64,000 nucleotides of DNA from Elusimicrobiota bacterium (GTDB taxonomy: Bacteria; Elusimicrobiota; Elusimicrobia; UBA1565; UBA9628). The stretch lies in NCBI GenBank assembly GCA_028868375.1, contig JAGWUP010000003.1, positions 95,693 through 159,692 on the forward strand, given 5' to 3'. The notes beneath the pieces were generated by a model that saw only the letters and a list, made by a program, of their open reading frames with translations, was not told the origin of the DNA and did not search any database. Below are positions 17,898 through 28,849 of the stretch, in pieces. The number at the start of each line of letters is the position of its first letter. Position 1 is the stretch's first letter. The translations under genes and the position numbers were made by a program.

Positions 17898-18712
17898 TCC
17901 GCTTGGCGGCTGCCCTGGCCCTTTTGGCGGTCCCTCCGACGGCTTCTCTTTCGGCCGCCGAGGTCCGCATCTCCAAGTCCAGCGCCGGGCCTCAAGAACT
18001 TATGGGCCCGCTCTTGCCGGACTCCACCGCCTATCAGCGCCTCACCGCCTTCCCCGAGAAGCTGTCCTACGACGTCGCCTGGGGGCCCATCGGCGTGGGG
18101 CACGCCACACTGGAGGTCTCCCAAATCGTCGAGTTCAACGGCAGGCCCGCCTACCACATCGTCTCGCGGGCGCGCTCCAACCGCTTCTGCGACGCCTTCT
18201 ACAAGGTGCGAGACCTCAATCAATCCTGGATGGACGCGCGGACCTTGAGCTCCCTGGGCTACTCCAAGCAATTGCGCGAGGGGCATTTCTTCCGCGACGA
18301 ATGGGTCCTCAACCAGGACGGACGCTGGGTGGGCAAGTGGGCCGGACGAGATCTCAATTACAACGTCGCGGTGGGCACCGCTCCCATCGGCGTGCAGGAC
18401 GTCCTCTCGGCGATGTATTTCCTGCGCCGCAAAACCTTGTCGGCCGGCAGCTCCATCGTGCTCGACGTCAACACCAGGCAGAATTGGCCGCTGATCGTGC
18501 GGGTCCTGCGCAAGGAGCGCGTGCGCACCCCGGCGGGGCGCTTCGACGCCTGGCTGGTCGAGCCGGCGCTGCGCAAGGAGGGCCTGTTCATCCAGAAGGG
18601 CAACCGCCTGCGCGTGTGGCTGAGCGACGATCCCCGGCATACGCCGGTGATGATGAAGGTGGACGTTTTCTTCGGCTCGATCACGGCGCGGCTGGCCAAA
18701 ATGGTACACTAA
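17894..18712 (+). CDS. Exported DUF3108-family protein
   Basis: Signal peptide; EKLSYDVAW..I.VGHA, FYKVRD, QDVLSAMYFLR, TPAGRFDA, VWLSDD...PV. Confidence 0.75.
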   Translation: MIRLAAALALLAVPPTASLSAAEVRISKSSAGPQELMGPLLPDSTAYQRLTAFPEKLSYDVAWGPIGVGHATLEVSQIVEFNGRPAYHIVSRARSNRFCDAFYKVRDLNQSWMDARTLSSLGYSKQLREGHFFRDEWVLNQDGRWVGKWAGRDLNYNVAVGTAPIGVQDVLSAMYFLRRKTLSAGSSIVLDVNTRQNWPLIVRVLRKERVRTPAGRFDAWLVEPALRKEGLFIQKGNRLRVWLSDDPRHTPVMMKVDVFFGSITARLAKMVH

Positions 18713-18720
18713 CCCGCGGC

Positions 18721-19728
18721 ATGGGTGTGACCAGCTCCAGAACGACCGCGGCCGAGAATTCCCGCCTGCGCCGCTTGGTCGAGCGCTTTCCGGCAAAGAG
18801 CGTGCTGGTCGTAGGCGACTTGATGCTGGACCGCTACATCCGCGGCCACGCCGACCGCATCTCCCCGGAAGCCCCCGTCCCCGTCGTCCGCGTCTCAGAA
18901 GAGAGCTGCATTCCCGGCGGCGCCGGCAACGTCGCCGTCAACATCGCCGCCCTGGGAGGCTCCGTCTCCGTGCTGGGAGTCATCGGCCCCGATGAGGCCG
19001 GCGCGCAGCTGCGGGCCCTGCTCTCCAGCCGCGGCGTGGCCGTCTCCGGGCTCATCCAGGACGCAAAGCGCCTGACCTCCCAAAAATGCCGGGTGATCGC
19101 GGAGCGCCAGCAGGTCGTGCGCTACGACAGCGAGACGCGGGAGCCGCTCTCGCCCCAGACCGAGGCCGCCCTGCTGAACTTGCTGCCGCGCGCCGTGGAG
19201 ACCTGCTCGGCGGTCGTGCTCTCCGACTACGGCAAGGGGGTGCTGCGGCCCCGCCTGCTAGGCGCCGCCGTCCGCTGGGCCAGGCGCCTGTCGCGCCCGG
19301 TGGCGGTCGATCCCAAGCCGGAGCATTTCCGGCTTTATCGGGGCGTGACCTGCGTGACCCCCAACCTGCGCGAGGCCTTCGCGGGCATGCGGCGCGAGGA
19401 AAACGCTTCGCTTGAAGCCGTCGTGGCCTTGGGAAGCGACATCGTGCGCCTGCTGGGCTGCCGCTCGGCCCTGATCACGCGCGGGCCCGACGGAATGTCG
19501 CTCTTCGGCAGAAACGGCAAGCCACGCCACATCCCGACCCGCGCCAGGGAGGTCTTCGACGTCAGCGGCGCCGGCGACACCGTCATCGCCGCGCTGGCGC
19601 TGGCCTTGGCCGCCGGAGCCAGGATCGAGGACGCCGCCGCCCTGGCCAACCACGCGGCCGGCATCGTCGTGGGAAAGCTCGGGACGGCCACCTGCTCGCC
19701 CGCGGAGCTGCTGCGGGAGCTGCGATGA
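18721..19728 (+). CDS. hldA: D-glycero-beta-D-manno-heptose-7-phosphate kinase (HldE/RfaE domain I)
   Basis: VGDLMLDRY, RISPEAPVPVV, GGAGNVA, SDYGKG, DPK, TPN, DVSGAGDTV, VVGKLGTA; no cytidylyltransferase domain fused. Confidence 0.92.
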   Translation: MGVTSSRTTAAENSRLRRLVERFPAKSVLVVGDLMLDRYIRGHADRISPEAPVPVVRVSEESCIPGGAGNVAVNIAALGGSVSVLGVIGPDEAGAQLRALLSSRGVAVSGLIQDAKRLTSQKCRVIAERQQVVRYDSETREPLSPQTEAALLNLLPRAVETCSAVVLSDYGKGVLRPRLLGAAVRWARRLSRPVAVDPKPEHFRLYRGVTCVTPNLREAFAGMRREENASLEAVVALGSDIVRLLGCRSALITRGPDGMSLFGRNGKPRHIPTRAREVFDVSGAGDTVIAALALALAAGARIEDAAALANHAAGIVVGKLGTATCSPAELLRELR

Positions 19729-20450
19729 AGGCCCTCCTGGTCGTTCCGGCGCGCCTGGGCTCGACGCGCTTTCCGCGCAAGGTGCTGGCGCCTCTGGGAG
19801 GCAAGCCCCTGGTCCAATGGTGCTGGCAGGCCGCCCGCGCGGCCGGGATGGGAGAGGTCCTGGTGGCCACGGAATCCCAGGAGGTCGCGCAAGCCGTCCG
19901 CTCCTTCGGAGGAGAGGCCGTCCTGACTTCCCCCTCCTGCCGCTCCGGCAGCGATCGGGTCCATGAGGCGGCGAAGGGCCGGCGGGAGGAGTTGATCGTC
20001 AACGTCCAGGGCGACCAGCCCTTCCTGGACCCCGAGGCCATCCGCTCGACCTTGCTGCTCTTGGAGCGCGAGCCCTCCCTCGACATCGCCACCGCCGTCT
20101 CGCCCTTGACGGAGCGAAGCAAGCTCGAGGACGCCAACGTCGTCAAGGTCGCCATGACCGAGGCCGGCCGCTGCCTCTATTTCTCGCGCGCCCCGATCCC
20201 CTTTGAAAGAAGTCCCGGCGCGCTGCGCTGGGAGCATGTCGGCCTCTACGCCTTCCGCCGGGCCGCGCTGGGGCGCTTCGTCGCCCTGCCGCCCTCGCCC
20301 CTGGAGCTGGCCGAGAGCCTGGAGCAACTGCGGGCGCTGGAGGCGGGCATGACGATTTCGGCGGCGGTCGTCTCGCGCTCGCCGCTGGCCGTCGACGTCC
20401 CGCGGGACCTGGAGCGCGCGCAATCCATGCTGGCAGGGAGAGAGCGATGA
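19725..20450 (+). CDS. kdsB: CMP-Kdo synthetase
   Basis: [46 protein letters not shown]. Confidence 0.96.
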   Translation: MKALLVVPARLGSTRFPRKVLAPLGGKPLVQWCWQAARAAGMGEVLVATESQEVAQAVRSFGGEAVLTSPSCRSGSDRVHEAAKGRREELIVNVQGDQPFLDPEAIRSTLLLLEREPSLDIATAVSPLTERSKLEDANVVKVAMTEAGRCLYFSRAPIPFERSPGALRWEHVGLYAFRRAALGRFVALPPSPLELAESLEQLRALEAGMTISAAVVSRSPLAVDVPRDLERAQSMLAGRER

Positions 20451-22061
20451 CGAAGTTCATTTTCGTGACCGGAGGGGTGGTCAGCTCGCTGGGCAAGGGG
20501 ATCAGCGCCTCCTCCATCGGCAAGCTGATGCAGGCCCGGGGCCTGTCGGTGGCGATGCTCAAGTGCGACCCCTACATCAACGTCGATCCCGGGACGATGA
20601 ATCCCTTCCAGCACGGCGAGGTCTTCGTCACCGAGGACGGCGCGGAGACGGACCTGGACCTGGGCCATTACGAGCGCTTCTTAAACCAGGAGATGCACCA
20701 CATCAACAATTTCACGGCCGGCAAGGTCTACGAGACCGTGATCGCGCGCGAGCGCCGCGGCGATTTTTTGGGCAGCACGGTCCAGGTCATCCCGCACATC
20801 ACCGACGAGATCAAGAGCCGATTCCGCGCCATCGCCAAGGGCGTCGACGTGGCCATCATAGAGATCGGCGGCACGGTCGGCGACATCGAGAGCCTTCCCT
20901 TCCTGGAGGCGGCGCGCCAGATGGGGCTTGAGCATGGGCGCGACAACGTCCTCTTTTTGCACGTGACCCTGGTCCCCTACATCCGGGCCTCGGAGGAGCT
21001 TAAGACCAAGCCGACCCAGCATTCCGTGGGCAAGCTGCGCGAGATCGGCATCAGCCCGGACATACTGATCTGCCGCACCGAGAAGGCGATCTCTCCGGAA
21101 TTGAAGGCCAAGATCGCCCTGTTCTGCAGCGTGCAGAAGGAATCGGTCATAGAGGCACCGGACGTAGAGAGCATCTACGAGGTGCCGCTGGTCTTTCACA
21201 AGCAGGGCTTGGACGAGCAGATCGTGATGCTGCTGCGGCTGCGCACCAAGTCCAGGGACCTGGAGAACTGGACGGAGCTGGTGCGGCGGCTCAAATCCCC
21301 CCGCCACCGCGTCAAGATCGCCATGGCCGGAAAATACACCGACTACAAGGACGCCTACAAGTCGGTCAACGAGGCCCTGCTGCACGGAGGCGTCGCCAAC
21401 GACGCCCATGTCGACATCCGCTTTTTAGACACCAGCGATCCGGACATCCACAGAAAGATCTCCGACGTGCACGGCATCCTGGTGCCCGGCGGCTTCGGCG
21501 ACCGCGGCATCGACGGCAAGATCCGCGTCGCCCAGCTGGCCCGCGAGGGCAACATCCCCTATTTCGGGCTCTGCCTGGGGCTGCAGATCGCCGTCATCGA
21601 ATTCGCGCGCAACGTCCTCAAGCTCGCCGGGGCGCATTCCACGGAGTTCGACCCGAGGACGAAATACCCCGTCATCGACCTGCTGCCGGAGCAAAAATCG
21701 GTCAAGGAAATGGGAGCCAGCATGCGCCTTGGAACCTACGAGTGCGCCCTGCGCAAGGGCTCGCTGGCCTGGAAGGCCTACGGGCGCGCCAGCGTCAGCG
21801 AGCGCCACCGGCACCGCTACGAGGTCAACAACAAGTTCCGCAAGCTCCTGGAGGAGGCGGGCCTCAAGGCCAGCGGCATCCACGCCTCCAAGGATCTGGT
21901 GGAGATCGTCGAGCTGCGGGAGCATCCCTGGTTTCTGGCCGTGCAGTTCCACCCGGAGTTCAAGAGCCGCATCGAAAAGCCGCACCCCCTGTTTGCCAGC
22001 TTCATCGCCGCGGCCGTGGAGCGCGCGCGCATCCTGGAGCCCTCTCCCAGCGAGTCCTCGC

Positions 22062-22072
<11 letters not shown>
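20447..22072 (+). CDS. pyrG: CTP synthase
   Basis: [58 protein letters not shown]. Confidence 0.98.
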
Positions 22073-22912
<840 letters not shown>

Positions 22913-22916
<4 letters not shown>

Positions 22917-23221
22917 AGTGCATGAACTGCGGCCAGCAAAACAAGGAAACCGTCAAGGCCTGCCGCAAATGCGGCCGTGACCTGGCCGTGCCGCCGGCCT
23001 GGTTTCCAGACGCCGCCTGGCATTTAAAAACCCTGGGCATCATCTACGCGGCCCTGATCGTCTTCTACCTGGGTGTCAGCGCGGCGCTCAAGCAGCTTCC
23101 CAAGCCCTACAACATCCGCAAGATCCCCGTCGAGCTGACCCCCTGGCTGAGGCACGGCCGAACGTATCTGCCGGAGGACGAGCTCAAGCCTCCGGCGCAT
23201 GCGGCGGAGCCGGCTCATTGA
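22913..23221 (+). CDS. Small zinc-ribbon membrane protein
   Basis: MKCMNCG...ACRKCG followed by one TM helix (LGIIYAALIVFYLGV); 4-nt overlaps with both neighbours. Confidence 0.7.
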
Positions 23222-23724
23222 GGATATTCTGCGCGCTCATGGCCGCCCTCTGCCTGGCCTCCTGCCGCTCCAAGAACTCGGCTTCGACAGAGCCGGCGCA
23301 GAGGATGGAGGGCGTGCGCCTCTCCGAGCAGACCCTGGGCCGTCCCGCCTGGCGTCTTAAAGCCAGGCAAGCGAGCCTGGAGCGCGGCGACTCCATGGCC
23401 CTGCTCTCCCAACCCAAGATCCAGTTCTTCGAGAACGGGCGGGAGGTCTCCGAGGCTTGCGCGGACTCGGCCCGGATCGACACCGCCAACGACGACGTGA
23501 CCCTCTCCTCCGGGGTCGTGGTGCGCTCGCTTAAGGACAGCACGACCCTGCGCACCGAAAGCCTGCATTACTCCTCGGCGCGCAAGCGCTTCTTTAGCGA
23601 CCAAGACGTGCTGGTGCGCCGCCCCGGCGGCATCATGCGCGGCCGCGGGCTGGAGGCCTCCGCCGACCTCTCCGACATCCGCGTCTTCCGGCAAAGAACG
23701 CGACTGAAAAGGGCCCCGCGATGA
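23218..23724 (+). CDS. lptC: LPS export protein LptC
   Basis: N-terminal anchor/lipobox-like LASC; W.LKA..A, P.IQFF, TLRTESLHY, MRGRGLEA; precedes lptA and lptB. Confidence 0.8.
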   Translation: MRIFCALMAALCLASCRSKNSASTEPAQRMEGVRLSEQTLGRPAWRLKARQASLERGDSMALLSQPKIQFFENGREVSEACADSARIDTANDDVTLSSGVVVRSLKDSTTLRTESLHYSSARKRFFSDQDVLVRRPGGIMRGRGLEASADLSDIRVFRQRTRLKRAPR

Positions 23725-24416
23725 CGGCCTTCCTCCTGGCGCCTCTCTTGTCGCTGGCCTGCGCGGCGCGCTCCGAGCCCCCGGAGCTGGCCGGCGGCGT
23801 CGTCCAAAGCCAGGAATGGCATGTCGCGCGCTCCACGGCCGGGGTCGAGCGCGAGGAATTCATCGGGGAGGTGCGCTACCAAGCGGGGCAGACCGCGGCG
23901 CGCTGCGACCATGCCCTCTACCGGCATGCCGAGCGGACCTGGAGCCTGGACGGCCACGTGCGGCTAGACAAGCGCCTGCCTTCCGGCGATCGCCTGCAAG
24001 CCCAGGGCGATTCCGCCTTCCTTAATATGGGGCGGCGCTCAGGCTGGCTGGAAGGCAAGCCCGTCCTCCTCTCTCGCCAACCGGAGCAGGGCGGGCCCAG
24101 CGATTACGCCTGCGCCGAGCGCCTCGAGTGGCGGGAAGGCCGCGAGGTCTCTCTTACGGGCGAAGTCCACTCCTGGGGGCCGCGGCTTGCGAGTTGGTCG
24201 GACCGCGCCGACTACGACGAGGCCGGCGGTCTCATGGTTCTTTCCGGCGGCCGCCCCGTGCTGCTCAAGCAGCCCGGCTGGAGCGGCGACGATGCCTGGT
24301 CTGCCGCCTTGAAGGCGGACACGGTGCGCGCCTGGAAAAGCCCGCGGCGCCTTACGGCCGACGGCTCCGTCGTCGGCTGGCTGCGTTTTGCCCGCGCGCC
24401 GGGAGGCTCCTCGTGA
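23721..24416 (+). CDS. LptA/OstA-like periplasmic LPS transport protein
   Basis: Signal peptide; repeated beta-jellyroll-like units (F.GEV, CDHALY, L.GHV, DRADYD, LSGGRPVL); lies between lptC and lptB. Confidence 0.65.
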   Translation: MTAFLLAPLLSLACAARSEPPELAGGVVQSQEWHVARSTAGVEREEFIGEVRYQAGQTAARCDHALYRHAERTWSLDGHVRLDKRLPSGDRLQAQGDSAFLNMGRRSGWLEGKPVLLSRQPEQGGPSDYACAERLEWREGREVSLTGEVHSWGPRLASWSDRADYDEAGGLMVLSGGRPVLLKQPGWSGDDAWSAALKADTVRAWKSPRRLTADGSVVGWLRFARAPGGSS

Positions 24417-25132
24417 AGCTGTCCGCCCGCGGCATTCGCAAGCGCTACGGCGAGAGGGAGGTCGTGCGCGGCATCACCCTGGACGTCACCTCCGGCGAGA
24501 TCGTCGGCCTGCTCGGGCCCAACGGAGCCGGCAAGACGACCACCTTCTACAGCCTCGCCGGCTTCATCCGCCCGGAGCACGGCGCCGTCCTCATCGACGG
24601 AGAGGACGTCACCGAGCAGCCGATGTTCGCGCGCGCGCGCAAGGGGCTGGGCTACCTGGCCCAGGAGCCGACCGTCTTTCGCGGCCTGAGCGTGGAGGAA
24701 AACCTGCGCGCCGTCCTGGAGCGCACGCTCTCCAGCCGCTTCGAGCAGATGCGCCGGGTCAAGGCGCTCTTGGAGGAGTTCGGGCTCTGGGAGCTGCGCC
24801 GACAGAAGGCCTGGACCCTGTCCGGCGGAGAAAAAAGGCGGCTCGAGGTGGCGCGGGCGATGATCCACGAGCCCAAGCTGATTCTCCTCGACGAGCCCTT
24901 CGTCGGCATCGACCCCATCACCGTCGGCGAGCTCAAGGCCATGATCACCAAGCTCAAGAGCCAGGGCATCGGCATCCTGATCACCGACCACAACGTCCGC
25001 GAGACCCTGCCCATCATCGAGCGCGCCTACCTGATCTACGAGGGCCAGATCCTGGTCGAGGGCAGCTCCCAGGCCCTCCTGGATGATCCCAGGGCCAGGG
25101 AGCTCTACCTGGGCGAGGACTTCACGATTTAA
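24413..25132 (+). CDS. lptB: LPS export ABC ATPase
   Basis: GLLGPNGAGKTTTFY, LSGGEKRRLEVAR, LDEPFVGIDP, ITDHNVRETL, YLGEDF. Confidence 0.96.
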   Translation: MKLSARGIRKRYGEREVVRGITLDVTSGEIVGLLGPNGAGKTTTFYSLAGFIRPEHGAVLIDGEDVTEQPMFARARKGLGYLAQEPTVFRGLSVEENLRAVLERTLSSRFEQMRRVKALLEEFGLWELRRQKAWTLSGGEKRRLEVARAMIHEPKLILLDEPFVGIDPITVGELKAMITKLKSQGIGILITDHNVRETLPIIERAYLIYEGQILVEGSSQALLDDPRARELYLGEDFTI

Positions 25133-25142
25133 CGCCGGGCCC

Positions 25143-25171
25143 TTGACAGATCCGCGCCCGGAGTCTATGCT
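25143..25171 (+). promoter_or_regulatory. sigma70 promoter for the DUF3455 gene
   Basis: TTGACA-17 bp-TATGCT. Confidence 0.75.
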
Positions 25172-25232
25172 CTAGCCGCCACATGACCTGCGTCATATAT
25201 GGTTCATGCCGTCCAAGACACGGAGGAATGAG

Positions 25233-25979
25233 ATGAGACACGCTCGACTCGGTTTTTCACTTCTGGCCTGCGGCTTGATTATGGCGGCGACAGTGGCGCC
25301 GAGCCTGGCCGACGAGGCTCCCATGAGCAACGTCGTCATGCCTCCCGGCAAGAAATACAAATTCTATTTCAAGGCCCCGACCATCACTCTTGATCGCTGC
25401 ATGCAAAGGGAGGGCGGCGTCGCGGGGCTTCGGGATATGCGCCCCAGGGTCAGCCGCCGCTTCGACGTTCCCGCCAGCCAGGAGCTGGCCCTGGCCGTGC
25501 ACGCGGTCGGAGTCCAGATCTACAAGTGCGTCGAACATAAATGGAAATTCTACGGGCCGGCCGCCAACCTCTACTGCGGCAAGGACGAGAGCAGCCCAGT
25601 TGTCGGCAAGCACCTGGCCTTGGAAAACGACGACCTGCTGCATCTTACGGGCACCGCGCCCATCTGGCATCTCTATTCCGACGCCAATCCACAGCACAGC
25701 CTCTACTTCATCAAGAACAATCCCGTCGTGAAGCTGCGCGCGCCGAAAGCCTTGGGGCCGGTGCAGAACGTGGCCTGGCTCAGGGTTCCCGCCATCCTCC
25801 GAAAGAACTTCCACCGCGACGAGCTGCTCTCCCCCTTCAGCTACGTGCAGCGGGTCTTCACCTCCGGCGGCGGCGACTGGGCCTCCAAGAGCCTGCCCGA
25901 CTGCGTCGACGGCGCCACCCAGGCCTCCCGCTACGAGGCGACCTACTTGTTCTACGAGCCGAAGCCGAAGGAAGAGTAG
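25233..25979 (+). CDS. Secreted DUF3455-family protein
   Basis: GGAGG RBS and signal peptide; AVGVQIYKC, W.F.GP.A.L, GKH, VAWL, YVQRV.TSGG, YEATYLFY. Confidence 0.75.
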   Translation: MRHARLGFSLLACGLIMAATVAPSLADEAPMSNVVMPPGKKYKFYFKAPTITLDRCMQREGGVAGLRDMRPRVSRRFDVPASQELALAVHAVGVQIYKCVEHKWKFYGPAANLYCGKDESSPVVGKHLALENDDLLHLTGTAPIWHLYSDANPQHSLYFIKNNPVVKLRAPKALGPVQNVAWLRVPAILRKNFHRDELLSPFSYVQRVFTSGGGDWASKSLPDCVDGATQASRYEATYLFYEPKPKEE

Positions 25980-25990
25980 CAGGCGGCGAG

Positions 25991-26595
25991 TTAAGGCGCT
26001 CGGGCGCAGACCCGGCAGGCCTTAAGCCTCTCCACGCCATTGCCCGTCGCCGCCTCGGCGCAAGCGTAGACCAGGTCGTCCTCCCGCGACGCGTGGGGGT
26101 CGTTGTGGACCATCGCCGGCTTGTTGTCCGCTCCCGCGACGTGGAGCAATTCGTGCACGATCACCTGATAGTCGCCGGAATGGCCGCCGGCCTCCCGATA
26201 CATGTCCCGCAACTCCGGGATTTTCATGGAAGAAGCCTTGCGAAGGCTCATCTCATGGTCGACATACACTGTGAATATTACAGAGGCGATCTTGACTGGC
26301 GCGCCCAGGAACAAAGCCCGGGGGTTCGTGGTGGTCTCGCCGTAGGCTCCGTTCAGGTCTCGGCGGCAGACGAAATGCTGGCGGCGCGCGGCCAAGCGGC
26401 GCAGCAGATGGGAGGTGAAGCCCGGATTGACGCGGTAGAGCTCTGAAAAGCCGGCGCTGAAGGCATCGACGACGTCCTGGCGCAGGAAACCTGGGCGGGC
26501 TCGCCGCCGGGCTTAAACCAAGGCTGATCGAATCCCTGGGCGCCGAGCGGAGGCAGGACAGAAATGGCCGCGAGGACGAGGGAAAGCATCTTCAT
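25991..26595 (-). pseudogene. Frameshifted secreted HEXXH-motif protein (about 201 aa if repaired)
   Basis: GGAGGA RBS and signal peptide MKMLSLVLAAISVL... The coding-like frame switches near 26490 to FLRQDVVDAF...VIVHELLHVAG. Span of 605 nt is one base short of an intact ORF. Confidence 0.65.
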
Positions 26596-26620
26596 GTATC
26601 CTCCAAAATATCTCCGACCT

Positions 26621-27481
26621 CTACCTCGCCAACTCCAGGAAAATCCAAGGCAGGACGACCACTCCGTCGACGAAGAGAAGGTAGTACCAGATCGGGACGC
26701 GAGCTCGGCCGTAGAACCTCAGGATGGCCGCCCCCAGGGCCAGGAGGGCTAGCGCCAAGGCGCGCTCCGGGGCGGCCCGCAGGCTCCAGAACCAGGCGCC
26801 CAGGAGCAGGCTGAGCGCCTGGCAAGCCGCGGCGACGCGGGCGGGAGAAAAACGGTTGGCGAGGGTGACGATGCCGGCCCGGCGATCGTTCTCCCTGTCC
26901 TTGAAATCGAAGAGCACGGTGTTCAGGGCGACGAGCGTCCAGACGCCGCCCGCCAGGCGCCACTGCCCCGCTCCCCGCGGCAGCACGCCCAATAAGAGAA
27001 GGCTGGTGCCGACCACGACGGAGGGCACGTAGAAGCTCTTGAGATACGGAATGGATTTCATGCGCCGCCCCAATAGGGGCAGGTCCAGGACGTAAGCCGC
27101 GGTGAGCGCGCCCCCGAAGAAGAACCCCGCCGCCAGGCTGGGCCAGTTCCAGAGCAATGCCGCCGTCGCCAGGAAGGCGGCGGCGAACATGCCGGCGAAG
27201 AGGCGGCGGTGCCTGGAGGCGTAGCGCAGCAGGCGCAGATCGGCTCCGGCCGCGGCCTGGTCCTCGGGATGGATGACCCAGCGATCGAAGGCGTAGGCCG
27301 CCCAGCCAGCCAGCAGCAGGGCCAGCAGGGCGGGGCCATCCACGCGGTTCGTCAGGGCCTGCCCTAAATATCCCCCCAGAAAGACGATCTCAGCAGCGAC
27401 CAAGAACTGAAGCTGGATGGACAGGGTGAGGCCGGCCACAAGGGCGGAGCGCAGCGCGCCGAGGCCGCGGTTTAGCGCCAT
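26621..27481 (-). CDS. UbiA-family prenyltransferase-like membrane protein
   Basis: YAFDR...PED, K.IPYLKSFYV, NTVLFDFKDRENDRRAGIVTL Asp-rich motif; multiple TM helices. Confidence 0.75.
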   Translation of the reverse strand: MALNRGLGALRSALVAGLTLSIQLQFLVAAEIVFLGGYLGQALTNRVDGPALLALLLAGWAAYAFDRWVIHPEDQAAAGADLRLLRYASRHRRLFAGMFAAAFLATAALLWNWPSLAAGFFFGGALTAAYVLDLPLLGRRMKSIPYLKSFYVPSVVVGTSLLLLGVLPRGAGQWRLAGGVWTLVALNTVLFDFKDRENDRRAGIVTLANRFSPARVAAACQALSLLLGAWFWSLRAAPERALALALLALGAAILRFYGRARVPIWYYLLFVDGVVVLPWIFLELAR

Positions 27482-28548
27482 CAGGTGTAGCTCTCAAGAT
27501 GCGCATGCAGCCCCGCGCGGCGGGACCGGCGCAGCCCGGAGTCGAACAGCCGCTCCGCCTGCGCGCCGCGACCCTGGGCATGCCGGGCGCCGGCCAGCGC
27601 CAGCCTGGAGAGGGCGGCGCCGCGATTCTCGCTTGCGGCTTCAAAAGCCTTCAAGGCCAAGGACAGGCGGCTGACGGCCTCGGGCAGGCGCCCGCGTTGC
27701 AGGGCGATCTTGCCCAGCCCCCAGTCGACATAAGCCAGGTCCACGGCATCGCCCAACTTGGAGTAGAGGACGTGGGCGCGCAAGTAGAGGCGCTGGGCCT
27801 CGCTAAGTCGTCCCTGCTGGCGCAGGGCGTTGGCCAGCCCGCAATGTGCGTAGGCCCGGCCGAAGAGATCGTCCGCGCCCGCCAGGGCGCGGCCGGCCCG
27901 CGCGTAGAAACGCTCGGAGTCGCGCAGCCGGCCCTGGATGCGCGAGACCCCGCCCAAGCCGAAGAGGGCGTAAGCGCTAGCCGAGGCGTCGCCGGCGCGC
28001 CCGGCCATCGTGAGGGAGCGCTTAAAATCCCCCTCGGCGCCGGCCAGATCTCCCGAGAAGCGCCGGGCTCCACCCCTGGCCCACAGAAGAAAGGCGGCGG
28101 CTTGCCAATCGCCAGCGCCGCAAGCCCGCCGCAACAAGCGCGTCAGCTTTAAGAGGCAGCCCGCCCAGCGCCCGGCCGCGCGCTCGATCATGGCCTCCTC
28201 CAGCTCGAAGCGCCAGGCCGGCTCGCCGCGGCGCTTGGCGGCAGCCCAGGCCCGCCGCAAGCGCGCGCGCGCCGCGGCCACCTCTCCCAGGCTGCGGTGC
28301 ACGCTGGCCAAGCCCAGGCCCGCCTCTATCGCCAAGGCCGGATCGGCTTGCCCGCCGGCCAAAAGCGCCTGGTAAAGCTGAGCCGCGCGCCGAAAATAAC
28401 CCTGGCCGCGCAGGGCCTCGGCCCGCAGGAAGGCGGCCTCCGTCGACAATGCCCCTGGCCAGCGCCCCGCCAAAAGCCGCAGCGCCGCCGCCGGGCGGCC
28501 TTCTTCCATGAGGCGCTGGGCTTGCTCCAGCCGGCGGGCGAAATCCAT
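27481..28548 (-). CDS. Tetratricopeptide repeat protein
   Basis: Repeated A.A..GLG/GLA....G...EA...Y..A helical units; TGATG coupling to the UbiA-like gene. Confidence 0.8.
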   Translation of the reverse strand: MDFARRLEQAQRLMEEGRPAAALRLLAGRWPGALSTEAAFLRAEALRGQGYFRRAAQLYQALLAGGQADPALAIEAGLGLASVHRSLGEVAAARARLRRAWAAAKRRGEPAWRFELEEAMIERAAGRWAGCLLKLTRLLRRACGAGDWQAAAFLLWARGGARRFSGDLAGAEGDFKRSLTMAGRAGDASASAYALFGLGGVSRIQGRLRDSERFYARAGRALAGADDLFGRAYAHCGLANALRQQGRLSEAQRLYLRAHVLYSKLGDAVDLAYVDWGLGKIALQRGRLPEAVSRLSLALKAFEAASENRGAALSRLALAGARHAQGRGAQAERLFDSGLRRSRRAGLHAHLESYT

Positions 28549-28583
28549 GAGCCGCTATTATACCGCTTTGCCGGCCATCTTTC

Positions 28584-28615
28584 TTATTGAAATTTTATCT
28601 CAATAAGGGTATACT
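28584..28615 (+). promoter_or_regulatory. Fur-like iron box overlapping the feoAB sigma70 promoter
   Basis: Dyad TTATTGA-AATTTTATC-TCAATAA (28584-28606). TTGAAA (28587)-17 bp-TATACT (28610-28615), ending 6 nt before the feoA ATG. Confidence 0.75.
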
Positions 28616-28621
28616 GGGCCC

Positions 28622-28849
28622 ATGACGTTGGCCGAGCTGCCCCTTCAGTCGCGCTCGCGCATCATCGGGCTGGGCGGGTTGCCGCAGCGGGAGCGCCATC
28701 GCTTGGGGGCGCTGGGCCTGCGCGAGGGAGCCTCGATCGTCAAGCTGCTGCATACGCCCCTGCGCGACCCGGTGGAATGCCTGGTCGGCCCCCAATTGCT
28801 GGCCCTCGAAGCGTGGCTGTTGGAACGCATCGAGGTCGAGGCGGCGTGA
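28622..28849 (+). CDS. feoA: Ferrous iron transport protein A
   Basis: MTLAEL...RLGALGLREGASI...PLRDP...LAL; precedes feoB. Confidence 0.9.
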   Translation: MTLAELPLQSRSRIIGLGGLPQRERHRLGALGLREGASIVKLLHTPLRDPVECLVGPQLLALEAWLLERIEVEAA

